Assembly (NCBI RefSeq): GCF_041248615.1
Contig: NZ_CP158425.1
DNA: 64,000 nt
Source of the DNA: Escherichia coli
Lineage (GTDB): Bacteria > Pseudomonadota > Gammaproteobacteria > Enterobacterales > Enterobacteriaceae
Reading direction: 5' to 3' (one strand)
This document shows, piece by piece, positions 48,393 to 57,520 of the stretch. The notes beneath the pieces were generated by a model, which was not told the DNA's origin, made no database searches, and was given only the letters and a program-made list of their open reading frames with translations. Position 1 is the stretch's first letter. Every line of letters starts with the position of its first letter. Position numbers and translations under genes: made by a program.

Positions 48393-49574
48393 ATGTTAAG
48401 CAGTAAAAAAAGGAAGTCCCCTACAAATATCAAAGAATCGCTCAATGATAACGCTGACCGTTTTTATAAGATGTTTCGCATTCATACCACGGCAAAAGTT
48501 GCTATGTCGCTAATTGCCATGACCGCTGTAGGGTTTTCTTTCTACAATCTTTACGAACAATGGCAGGACGCTGAAGGGAAGAAAGACCATATAGCTGTAA
48601 TACGGATTTCTGGCGAGATGGGTACCGGCTCGGAAACGGGCGATGGAACAGTGATCGCAACAGCTCTTGCCAAAGCTTACAATAATCCCCATGCCAAAGC
48701 AGTTATTATCGAGGCAGAGTCAGGTGGTGGTGGTCCCTCTGACGCCATCATTATTTACCGCCAGATAAACGCGCTTAAAAACCACCAGCCACAGATTGAA
48801 CGCGTATCAGATGCCGGTTGCTCTCTTTCATCTGTAGCCGCTGACAAGAGTAACAAAACCGGGAGCACAGAACGTGGCGATGAAGCACGGTCGAAGCAAA
48901 ACTCCCTCGAAGTACTCTCCAGCGGTACCGGTCGTTTTTTCTCTGATATCGCAGACTCATATAAACCAATCATCGTTAGTGTGAAAGGCATATGCGCATC
49001 CGCATGCTATTACGCGGTATCGCCCGCTGATGCAATTTATGCCGACAGTAATGCCCTGATCGGTTCTATCGGTGTGCGTATGGACCACTGGAATCTGTCA
49101 GAGATCATGAGCACAGTAGGCGTCAAGAATGAGCCCCTTACGGCCGGTGAGTTCAAAGATGCTCTTGACCCCTTCCACCCATTGTCCGATTCAACGAGGG
49201 AGTTCATGCAGAAGGAGATCCTGAACACGATGCATGAAAAATTTATAACTGATGTTGAACTTGGACGGGGTAAAAAGCTTCTCTCGCGTCATGATGCCGA
49301 TGCTGTTTCTCTCTATTCAGGCCGTGTATGGCCAACACCTCAGGCAGTTAAGTACGGCCTGGTGGATGGAGATCTTACGTCAGTAGAGATCCGTACACGT
49401 CTTTCAAAAATGTACTCCACTGACACGTTCAAAAACTACAATGAGCCTCATCGTAATCTCCGTTCTGCACTCGGCATGCTGATGAGCCTGTCTTCAAATA
49501 TTGAGAGCCTTACCGGTACCACTACCCGCTTGGTAGAATCTGTTAATGCCACCAGCTACCCCTCTGTGAGGTAA
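48393..49574 (+). CDS. S49-family (SppA-like) serine peptidase with N-terminal membrane anchor
   Basis: ...VIRISGEMG..., AVIIEAESGGGGP, GICASACYYAVSPADAIYADSNALIGSIGV are ClpP/crotonase-fold S49 motifs. Confidence 0.7.
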   Translation: MLSSKKRKSPTNIKESLNDNADRFYKMFRIHTTAKVAMSLIAMTAVGFSFYNLYEQWQDAEGKKDHIAVIRISGEMGTGSETGDGTVIATALAKAYNNPHAKAVIIEAESGGGGPSDAIIIYRQINALKNHQPQIERVSDAGCSLSSVAADKSNKTGSTERGDEARSKQNSLEVLSSGTGRFFSDIADSYKPIIVSVKGICASACYYAVSPADAIYADSNALIGSIGVRMDHWNLSEIMSTVGVKNEPLTAGEFKDALDPFHPLSDSTREFMQKEILNTMHEKFITDVELGRGKKLLSRHDADAVSLYSGRVWPTPQAVKYGLVDGDLTSVEIRTRLSKMYSTDTFKNYNEPHRNLRSALGMLMSLSSNIESLTGTTTRLVESVNATSYPSVR

Positions 49575-49575
49575 C

Positions 49576-50307
49576 ATGGATGCTTTCAATCTGCTGTGGA
49601 GCATTACGGGGGTAGCTTTCATTATCCTTATTTTCGTCGTGTTGCTGTGTCTGTTGGGTTTTATGACCTCTGCCATAGCGGAACGGCGGACTGCAAAGGC
49701 AATTGAATCTGGGCTTCCTGAAGAAGCTCAGGGGCTACTTAGTGATCTCACCTTTCAGTTGTCGGCTCATAGCACTACTCAGGTTGATCACATTCTCGTA
49801 GCCCCACATGGTATATACGTCATAGAGCAGAAAAACTACGTAGGCAAGCTCTACGGTACTCTGGAGGAAAGCCACTGGCGGAAATGGACTCAGTCCCGAA
49901 CCCTCAAGTTGCAGAACCCGTTTAAGCAAAACCAGGGGCACATCAGGGCTATTCAGTCTGCTCTTAAGGCTAGAGAACTGGAATGTATCAATGTCGTCAT
50001 CATAAACGGACGTTGTAAGTTTGATGGCATCAAGCCGGAATGGTTATGTATGGGGATGGACGATTTTATCCATAAAGTCAAACAACGACGAGGGCTACGG
50101 TTGTTCACACCGGAGTCTGTTCAGCACATCTGTTCGGTGTTGAAGTCAACAAGGAAGTCGCCAGGGCTCTATACGGACCTTACTCATATTCACAACATAA
50201 CGACAAAGTACAAAGCCCCGATGAAATTCGAGCAACGAGTAACATACATTCTGCTCAACTTTATCCATTATCTGTGGGCAAGTCTGTTCACTAAGCAGAA
50301 GCCTTAG
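49576..50307 (+). CDS. membrane-anchored NERD-domain (nuclease-related) protein
   Basis: N-terminal TM helix, then VDHILVAPHGIYVIEQKNYVGKLYG...W....Q.....NPFKQNQGHI, a typical NERD pattern. ATG lies 1 nt after the S49 stop. Confidence 0.7.
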   Translation: MDAFNLLWSITGVAFIILIFVVLLCLLGFMTSAIAERRTAKAIESGLPEEAQGLLSDLTFQLSAHSTTQVDHILVAPHGIYVIEQKNYVGKLYGTLEESHWRKWTQSRTLKLQNPFKQNQGHIRAIQSALKARELECINVVIINGRCKFDGIKPEWLCMGMDDFIHKVKQRRGLRLFTPESVQHICSVLKSTRKSPGLYTDLTHIHNITTKYKAPMKFEQRVTYILLNFIHYLWASLFTKQKP

Positions 50308-50342
50308 CGCTCTATCATTGGTAAGGCTGTAAAATGTCTGCA

Positions 50343-50378
50343 AAAGGCCCCATCGGTAAATTGTTGGGGCTTTTTCTT
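50343..50378 (+). terminator. rho-independent terminator closing the traI-traD-...-NERD operon
   Basis: Stem AAAGGCCCCA/TGGGGCTTT followed by TTTTCTTT. Confidence 0.75.
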
Positions 50379-50593
50379 TGCGTAGTTCTGATACGGTTTA
50401 TCCTGTGGAGCATTATGGCCACCAGCCAGCTGGTGACTGGCCAACGCTTTGTATGACGTAGCCTACTCAGGGCAGGCTATTTTAGAGGGACCGATTTTTA
50501 TCCGGGCTAATTTAGAAAGAGATAATTTGAACTTAGGCGGGCTGACCACCAGCAGAGAGGTAAATCACTAGCCGGTGATATTGACAGAAGTCG

Positions 50594-50956
50594 TCAGGGG
50601 TTTAACGCCGGAATATTTTGCCAGGCCTCCTGCAAGGTCTGCAAGACTTCTACAAGTGATAGTGACGGCCACAGGACTGTTTCCGTCATTATCACTCCAG
50701 GTGGCTCGCACTCTACTGGTACCAGAATTAAAACAACACGAGTTCCTTTTACCTGGTAGGCAAGGTTTACTGCCGGTTGGCGGTAGGAGGCCAGTACACC
50801 CTCACCATATTGAGCAGGGTTACTTGCCCAGTTCCGCACCATTGCATACACCTGAGGCATATACCGACTATCCAGATCCCCTTTGGGCCGTCTGAACGGC
50901 ACGATTTCTTCTGAGCGGTAGGTGGTCGTTGTTGTATTGGTTGTCATCTTTGTCAC
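50594..50956 (-). CDS. hypothetical protein
   Basis: 120 aa with a GGGGAGGTG RBS. Confidence 0.55.
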   Translation of the reverse strand: MTKMTTNTTTTTYRSEEIVPFRRPKGDLDSRYMPQVYAMVRNWASNPAQYGEGVLASYRQPAVNLAYQVKGTRVVLILVPVECEPPGVIMTETVLWPSLSLVEVLQTLQEAWQNIPALNP

Positions 50957-51012
50957 CTCCCCTGTTCGTCCATTTAGAGTTTTAAGCTGCTTTACACATC
51001 ACACTCAACTGA

Positions 51013-51297
51013 TTATTTAAGCTGGTCATCGTCTCTGGCCAGCATAGCCCAACCATTCGACTGGTTTTCGCGGGAGTAAGGATTCATTTCAAAATAACTA
51101 TCTACCGCGTCGCTGTCCGCAACAGAACTGTTGTTAGCTCTCTTTGAACCCTGAACCACTACAGCATCAACCTCTGCGGCTTTCCCGTTGCGCTGTACCA
51201 GGATTTTAACCGTCTTGGGCTTACGTCTTGCGAGCAGTTTGTTGGCGATAAAAAGCACAACAATCCAGGCCAAAAGCACGTATAAAAATTTATTCAT
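51013..51297 (-). CDS. small membrane-anchored protein
   Basis: 94 aa with an N-terminal TM helix, AAGGAGGG RBS and a TATAAT-like -10 upstream. Confidence 0.6.
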   Translation of the reverse strand: MNKFLYVLLAWIVVLFIANKLLARRKPKTVKILVQRNGKAAEVDAVVVQGSKRANNSSVADSDAVDSYFEMNPYSRENQSNGWAMLARDDDQLK

Positions 51298-51653
51298 AAT
51301 GCCCTCCTTTGTATGTGATTATTATACCTGCTTCCATTGCAGGCCAAACAGGTTCGGTGTATGAAAAATAGACTTCTCTCCGGCGTATAGCAATCTACTT
51401 ACTGATCTGTTTTCGTATCAAACTGTATGGCATAACCGAGGGGCGTACGTGGTGAGTCAGAAAGTTACTTTTCCGTAATAGTTAATTTCAGATCCTTCTT
51501 CCAGTTACGCTTCAGTATAAAACCGATACCCTCTAATTCAGCATCCTTCACGTTTAATACGCTTCACTTTAAGGCAGGGCTTTTCGGTTGATATGAATTC
51601 TTTTTCCGGTTGCTGGACATGGGTTTCATCCTGATAGTTAAAATTGCAGGCTA

Positions 51654-51956
51654 TCAGTCACCACCACCACCTCCTCCTCCTCCTCCTCCACCGCCACCAT
51701 CACAACCACCAGCTATGCTATTTTCACCATTACAATCACCTCCGAGGGGGTTCAAATGGCTGCTCCCCTGTAGATGGTGTCCTTGCCAGATCGAACCCGA
51801 ACCAGCGCCTCCTGAGCGTCTTTGCTTGCCCTGAGGCAATTGTGCAGGCTCACCAGCACCGGCGGTCCCAAAAATGTCCCGGGCAATTTTATAAAGAAGG
51901 TAAAAAGGTACGCCCAGCATCATAAAAAAGATTACTGAAAATATTACACGTTCCAT
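51654..51956 (-). CDS. small membrane-anchored protein with glycine-rich tail ending in a 13-Gly run
   Basis: AGGAGA RBS. N-terminal TM helix. The C-terminus ...GGCDGGGGGGGGGGGGGD is encoded by (GGT/GGC/GGA)13. Confidence 0.55.
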   Translation of the reverse strand: MERVIFSVIFFMMLGVPFYLLYKIARDIFGTAGAGEPAQLPQGKQRRSGGAGSGSIWQGHHLQGSSHLNPLGGDCNGENSIAGGCDGGGGGGGGGGGGGD

Positions 51957-52388
51957 TGATGATCTCCTGTCTTGTGAGAGACCAGTTATATCAGGGTGAT
52001 TCAGTATTTCCGTTTAGAAAAGAGTACTAATTTGGCCCTGTTCGATCTTAATTTGCCATCCGGGAAAAAGTCATAGGGATAGGCCTGCCAGAGTCAATAA
52101 CTTCCAGTGATCTGGAGGAGACCCCGGCTCTCTGAGCCCTCATGGATGGTACGGCTTTACCCCCTGTAAACAGATTCACGTTCCGCAGGACAAACATCGA
52201 CTACTGACGTCTCATATTTGCTGACGCTAATCCGACGTCTCATTGCCGTCTGCTTGTTTTCTTTAAAGGGTGTATTAGACGAATATCAAATCGGAATGGT
52301 AGGGGATGTGTGGGCACCATGCCCGGCCCTCTTTGAGCATCTGAGAGATTGGAGACCTAGCCGGGTAAGATAGCTACTTTCTTACGGG

Positions 52389-52757
52389 TTACCCTTCAAA
52401 TCCAAAGACGAAACGGACGCTGCCGTTCTCCACGTGGAGACGCTTTACTTCTTCGACAAATTCCTGGATCACCTCTCCGGCGTTATCGGGTGGTATGGCT
52501 GACAAAATTTCTTCCGAAGTCAGCCATGAGTATGAATGTTCACCGAATAAATCATCATCTTCGGACGGTATATCATCAGGTAATCCGCGTAATGCGTGGA
52601 TAAAAACTGCTGATGTGCTCGCCCTTTCACGATCTACATCAAATCCGAGCCAGGCAAAGTGGAGATATGATCGGTCCCCTTTATAATTGCTTGATAAATT
52701 AATCCATTTACCAGGCTTTTCTTCCCTTTGAAATCGCCAGCAGATATCAACGCCCAT
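52389..52757 (-). CDS. hypothetical protein
   Basis: 122 aa with a GGAG RBS. Confidence 0.55.
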   Translation of the reverse strand: MGVDICWRFQREEKPGKWINLSSNYKGDRSYLHFAWLGFDVDRERASTSAVFIHALRGLPDDIPSEDDDLFGEHSYSWLTSEEILSAIPPDNAGEVIQEFVEEVKRLHVENGSVRFVFGFEG

Positions 52758-52921
52758 TAAGAAACTCCATTACTATCGTTCGTATGAGATAACTATCATT
52801 TCAGAATACTATGACTTCTTCCCGTATAGAACTAATCGCTCACGCCAACTGGGCGAAGCCAACCGGTTCCGCCACTTCGCTCATTGGTTTTTAGGCGTAA
52901 GCACTGAAGCCAGTCTCCATG

Positions 52922-53464
52922 CTAACTGGCGAGCCTGCGAAAGTCAGACTCGTTGTTATAAAGCGGCATATCGTAAGCGGTGTCTGAAATGAACATGCGG
53001 ATCTGCTCAAGCGTCATGCCACAATGAAAACGGTTTACGCTCACATTGGCCCGGGGGAAGTCAGCACAAAACGCATTCAAAACATTTTCATGGACAATGC
53101 CAATGTTGATCAACGCAGCTGGCCCGTTGTCACGGAAGGATACGACACGGAATCCCCCATACCAGCCTGAATGGGAGAAAAATGAAAATGCGCCGGATGC
53201 CAGACCATTAGACAGGTCATAGCGCAATTTCCCGCACAGAGACTGGCTGTCTTTGCTGTACACGCGATTAATGAAAATACCGGGACCAACTTCTACCGGC
53301 TGCTTGTTGCTTGCTAAACACGGAAAGCCCACCAGCGAAACCTCCCTTTCTCCTGACCAGTTTACCTGATACCCGGCAGTGAGAAAGTCCGTCAGTTCTA
53401 CGCCAGAAAGAGCATTAATGGCCGCGATATCGGTAGTCAAAATATTTACGTTTTTCATATTCAT
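52922..53464 (-). CDS. hypothetical protein
   Basis: 180-aa ORF with a weak RBS. Confidence 0.5.
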   Translation of the reverse strand: MNMKNVNILTTDIAAINALSGVELTDFLTAGYQVNWSGEREVSLVGFPCLASNKQPVEVGPGIFINRVYSKDSQSLCGKLRYDLSNGLASGAFSFFSHSGWYGGFRVVSFRDNGPAALINIGIVHENVLNAFCADFPRANVSVNRFHCGMTLEQIRMFISDTAYDMPLYNNESDFRRLAS

Positions 53465-53525
53465 CTCATCTTTATTCTAAAGTGCGTTTTTTGTCTATCA
53501 GCCCGAGGATTGAAAATTTGAATAT

Positions 53526-53963
53526 TTAATGTGACAGATAAATACCTGTCACTTTTTCAAAAACAGCCTGTAATTGAATATCGAGAGAGTTCATTTTAAA
53601 ATCCACCAGCTCACCTTTATTATCGCAAACCAAATAAAAATAGGAGTCAAATGCGTCTGTATCTTCATCTTTAAAAATACGGAAGGAATTAATTTTATCA
53701 TGCCCTTCAAATTCGGCATGAATACCATAGCGAACCGAGCCGTCATCGAACTGAACAACCCGTCGTACAGAATTAATCCGGACGTACTGTTTTAAGGCCC
53801 TCGCGAAATCGGCATTTAACGCCAACGCTCGTAAGATTGAATCAGCGGTTTCATTCTGCTTTTTACGATCGTATTCAAATATCCCACAGCCGGTGTTACG
53901 AAAGACCGGCTGAAGAGCATTAACCAGGTTGAAGGAATCCACGTTTCTGTCGTTTCTGTACAT
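53526..53963 (-). CDS. hypothetical protein
   Basis: 145 aa with an AGGAGA RBS. Confidence 0.55.
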   Translation of the reverse strand: MYRNDRNVDSFNLVNALQPVFRNTGCGIFEYDRKKQNETADSILRALALNADFARALKQYVRINSVRRVVQFDDGSVRYGIHAEFEGHDKINSFRIFKDEDTDAFDSYFYLVCDNKGELVDFKMNSLDIQLQAVFEKVTGIYLSH

Positions 53964-54007
53964 GAGATATCTCCTGCCCCTCCGCTATACGAAGGGGCTT
54001 GATAGGG

Positions 54008-54304
54008 TTACTGCCAGGCTGCGATCACTTCTTCGCACTGGAAATGAGATAAGCACTGCTGGAGTAGAAGAGCCAGCACCGCTGTGTTAGGGACGCGATT
54101 GTTACACCACGCGTTGAAAAGCAGCTGCCATGGACCGGCATAATACCCGGCCAGTTTCTTTTTTTGTTTAGCTGTACGGCAGCGGGAAATGGCCTGCTGA
54201 TAAAGGCTTTCATTCTCATCACCAGCCCGTTTTTGCAGAGTGCGATAAATATACGAATAAAGACTGTCAGAACAGTTTGAAGCGTACGCCAGTTGTTTTT
54301 TCAT
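54008..54304 (-). CDS. hypothetical protein
   Basis: 98 aa with an AGGAGG RBS. Confidence 0.55.
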   Translation of the reverse strand: MKKQLAYASNCSDSLYSYIYRTLQKRAGDENESLYQQAISRCRTAKQKKKLAGYYAGPWQLLFNAWCNNRVPNTAVLALLLQQCLSHFQCEEVIAAWQ

Positions 54305-54424
54305 AATACCTCCTGTTTAGAAGTATTATATGTAAACAGCCTCAGCGGCTAATAACCCGTAGCAATATAATTTGCATTTTTTCTATTTCTGAAGACGCTT
54401 TTTAAATTAATATTTACTGAGTTA

Positions 54425-54703
54425 TCACAACTTATTATTCTTCCCGTCTGCTGTTTTATTAATCCCCCAGTTAGTAATCACGCCAAGTCGGCGCAATTTT
54501 TCACGTTGTTCATAAATAAAAAAATCGCCAAGGCAGTCTTTTAAAACTTCACTATCCTGATATTTTATTTTTTGAAGCATCCTCGCAACTATGGCGCGTT
54601 TCAGGAATATGGCTGCATCAGACTCAAGCATTTGTGAGGACTGTCTGACGGTCTCCTGCATGTCGACGATACTGCTGAGCTTTCGTCTGACCACGCTTAG
54701 CAT
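54425..54703 (-). CDS. hypothetical protein
   Basis: 92-aa ORF with no convincing RBS. Confidence 0.35.
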   Translation of the reverse strand: MLSVVRRKLSSIVDMQETVRQSSQMLESDAAIFLKRAIVARMLQKIKYQDSEVLKDCLGDFFIYEQREKLRRLGVITNWGINKTADGKNNKL

Positions 54704-54887
54704 AGTGTCCGGGAACCGCTTAGCGGCTGAATGTAACCCGCAACAACGTTACGCATTGTTTTACTCACTGCAATTTTCCATTTAAGTCTGTTTGTTCCAC
54801 CAGCTGCTAACATCAGCGTTATTCATCCTGAGGTTTCGCCCGCGATTGACAGATCAGAGGCAGCATGGATGAAATTGCCAGAGTAGA

Positions 54888-55169
54888 TCACTGCATACGC
54901 GAATAGTGGTTTGTATTCAGTTCTGCGTTTGCCTGCTTTTCCAGTGCTGTCATAACCCGGCGGAGCATCGCCAGAGCCTGAACAGGCGAGCTCCCAAACT
55001 GCACTTTCACTTCAGCCGTATCATGATCCTGAATCAGGTCGAGTATATTCACTTCGATCCCTGCCCCGTTTTCATCTTTTGCCGTGCACTGAATACTTAC
55101 CCGGGTCACCGAATCCGTCAGGACTGGCAGTGGGTTAGTTTTGTCTACGTTGATAACAGCCTTCTTCAT
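54888..55169 (-). CDS. hypothetical protein
   Basis: 93 aa with an AAGGGGA RBS, directly downstream of the parB-like terminator. Confidence 0.5.
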   Translation of the reverse strand: MKKAVINVDKTNPLPVLTDSVTRVSIQCTAKDENGAGIEVNILDLIQDHDTAEVKVQFGSSPVQALAMLRRVMTALEKQANAELNTNHYSRMQ

Positions 55170-55189
55170 TGCCCTGTTTCCCCTTGTCC

Positions 55190-55228
55190 TGAAAAAGTTA
55201 CCGACCCGTCCGGATGGAGGGGTCGGTC
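55190..55228 (-). terminator. rho-independent terminator after the parB-like gene
   Basis: Stem CCGACCC/GGGTCGG followed on the minus strand by AACTTTTTC. Confidence 0.65.
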
Positions 55229-55234
55229 AGAAAA

Positions 55235-56419
55235 TCATGACTGTCCCTTGTTCATCTTATCAGCATGCTTACGCAGGTACTCTTTCAGGTCAGCATGAGC
55301 GTTGATGATATCGTTCATTTCATCATTGGTCAGAACAAGCGTGTAAGTATCAGTACTGACAGATTCACCTTCTTTAAGCTTGGCTTCTTCAGCAATACGT
55401 TCAAAAATCGGGATCGCGGTGTCTGCAATGACGGTCACAGTCTTTTTGTTCAGAACGCTGGACATGGAAGGTGCTTTACCTGCCGGGTTCTGTTTAGGAG
55501 CGCTGTCCTTTGGAGCTGGAGCCGGTTCCTGTACCGGTGGCGTATCCAGCGTCTCCGTATTGCTTTCATCGTTCAGTTGATCCGGTACCGGGGTGTTATC
55601 GGTAGTATCATCTGCCGGTTGCTCAGCACCGATGTTTTCCGGAGTCTGCGGATCTGCCATGCGCTCTTCTACCTTGGCAGCTTTGACGAATTTCAGCGTG
55701 TTTTTCGTCGCCTTGCCATAGATGGAGATCGCTTTGTTGATGTTATCTACCGCATCCTCACCGCTGTACATATACTCGTCCAGTGCAACGTACATGCTCA
55801 CCTGATCGCTCACAAGCATGGTCTGTAGTTCAGAAGGCAGGTCCAGTACGCGAACCATCTGGCGAAGATGCTGCTCTGATTTACCACGTTTTTTTGCCAG
55901 TTCCGCAAAGGTCTTAGGCTCTTCTTTATCTTCAACCAGACGCTTAATTGAAAGCGCTTCAGCTACGACAGACAGCGCCAGGTTGGAGTTGCCGGTCAGG
56001 GTGAAGAGTTCTGCTTTTGAAGCGCTACCGCGAAACTCTTCGCAGCGAATACGAGTAATGCGTTCACGCCCTTCTGCTTCCAGCTGGCGGTTTGCAATAG
56101 CGATGGAACGGATACGGCAAGCCCCCTGACGCAGTACAGGTACGCCATTAACCATCTGAACAACGATAGGCGTCACGCTGAACGGGTCTTCCATGTAGGC
56201 ATCGGCCAGGCTGTTCAGGTGTTCCACAACGTGAGGCATTGAATAGTAGAGCTCGCCCATACCGGCCGTGCGGGTGTTAAAGCCTTCCTGCTCTACAACA
56301 ACCGAAGGGTCAATGATAAGGCCGTTGCCTTTACGGGCACCGTTACCAGTGCGTTCCAGGTAACCACGAAGGCTGATTTCGTTGCTGTTGTTTTTTACTT
56401 CAGTTTCGATTGCGGACAT
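55235..56419 (-). CDS. ParB/KorB-like DNA-binding protein (orphan, no adjacent ParA)
   Basis: 394 aa. ParB N-terminal-domain-like region (LIIDPSVVVEQEGFNTRT ... LRQGACRIRSIAIA), an HTH region (KTFAELAKKRGKSEQHLRQMVRVLDLPSELQ) and an acidic/proline-rich linker. Confidence 0.7.
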   Translation of the reverse strand: MSAIETEVKNNSNEISLRGYLERTGNGARKGNGLIIDPSVVVEQEGFNTRTAGMGELYYSMPHVVEHLNSLADAYMEDPFSVTPIVVQMVNGVPVLRQGACRIRSIAIANRQLEAEGRERITRIRCEEFRGSASKAELFTLTGNSNLALSVVAEALSIKRLVEDKEEPKTFAELAKKRGKSEQHLRQMVRVLDLPSELQTMLVSDQVSMYVALDEYMYSGEDAVDNINKAISIYGKATKNTLKFVKAAKVEERMADPQTPENIGAEQPADDTTDNTPVPDQLNDESNTETLDTPPVQEPAPAPKDSAPKQNPAGKAPSMSSVLNKKTVTVIADTAIPIFERIAEEAKLKEGESVSTDTYTLVLTNDEMNDIINAHADLKEYLRKHADKMNKGQS

Positions 56420-56834
56420 TTTTGTTCTCTTTTTTGGTTGGTTGTTTAACTGCGCTACAACACAACAATACCAGGTTCGACATTTTTCCTAATAGGTTGC
56501 GGAGAAGAAAAAGTAACTTTTTTTAAAAATTTTCCTGAGGCAATACTACTCGATCCGTCCGTTTTAAATCTTCACAACAGTGGGCCGTTTTTACGTTTAA
56601 GCAAAATAACTGGTTCAGAAGGTGACTCAGAGAGAAAAGTTACTTTTCCGGTTGTCTGGGCCAGTGATGGGAGAGTGGCAGGACAGGAATGGCTAAACCG
56701 GTGCGGGTCTCTTGTAAGTCGCAGGGGATTCAGGAGATATAGAGGTAAACTGGTACGTTCAGTTTTTGGATTGAGCCGGGCTTTTGGCCCGGGCTTAAGG
56801 AAGCAGAAATTTGAACGAACTGGCAGGTAATGCT

Positions 56835-57011
56835 TTATGCCGCCGACAGCTGGCCGTCAGTGCTTTGCTGTTCTGGTTTGACAGTTGGGGGATAACCGGC
56901 AGTTAGCCGCTGGCATTCCGCATCACAGAAAGCCCTGAGGTTGCTGAAGACGGACTCCATGAAATCAGCATGAGCATACGAGTCTACAGGACGTGTCTTG
57001 TTATCTTTCAT
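56835..57011 (-). CDS. small hypothetical protein (58 aa)
   Basis: GAGGAG RBS before the ATG at 57011. The tracked 76-aa ORF is an upstream extension. Confidence 0.45.
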   Translation of the reverse strand: MKDNKTRPVDSYAHADFMESVFSNLRAFCDAECQRLTAGYPPTVKPEQQSTDGQLSAA

Positions 57012-57520
57012 CTTGTTCTCCTCAATCATTATTAAAACCAGCGGATTTAGTTTCTGGCGCTCCATCTGCTGACCGGCTTTCCCAGAGAGCAGCGATGTGT
57101 CGGGTTCTTTTTCTCATTTTATCGTTTTCATCGGGCCCATCCGGGCGTATAAGAGACCGATTTGGCATGTTTAGGAAACGTACTGGCGTAATTAAAAGCT
57201 GAGGTTGGATTTGGAATAAAAGGATGCTTTTCCCGTTTGTCGGGTCTTTCGCCACCGCTGCACGATGATTCTGTCAGGCATTCTGCGCCCTCCCAGGCTG
57301 CACATCTGGAAACAAGCGTTGGGATGTTCCCTTCCCCTGCTCACCGTAGAAAGATCGGCAAGTCCCGACGGTCGTTCCGTACGAGCCGGGTCCAAATAAT
57401 GAATAAATAAAACGCCGCTTCAATTGTATTGACAATAGAAGTCAGGAGGATCATAGTGTCATTCATGGTGCGGCTTTCGCACCACCGCCCCGGCGGTACC
57501 GGGCAGAACTGGAGTACCTC

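Noticed and set aside
51610-51925. Plus-strand ORFs encoding poly-proline or poly-His/Leu tracts
   Set aside because: They are mirror frames of the (GGN)13 repeat. The minus-strand ORF has a strong RBS, an N-terminal TM helix and co-orientation with its neighbours, whereas the plus-strand frames have none of these.
56775-56797. Terminator hairpin after the 58-aa gene
   Set aside because: It has only a 6-bp CCGGGC/GCCCGG stem and no following T-run on the minus strand, which is too weak to annotate.
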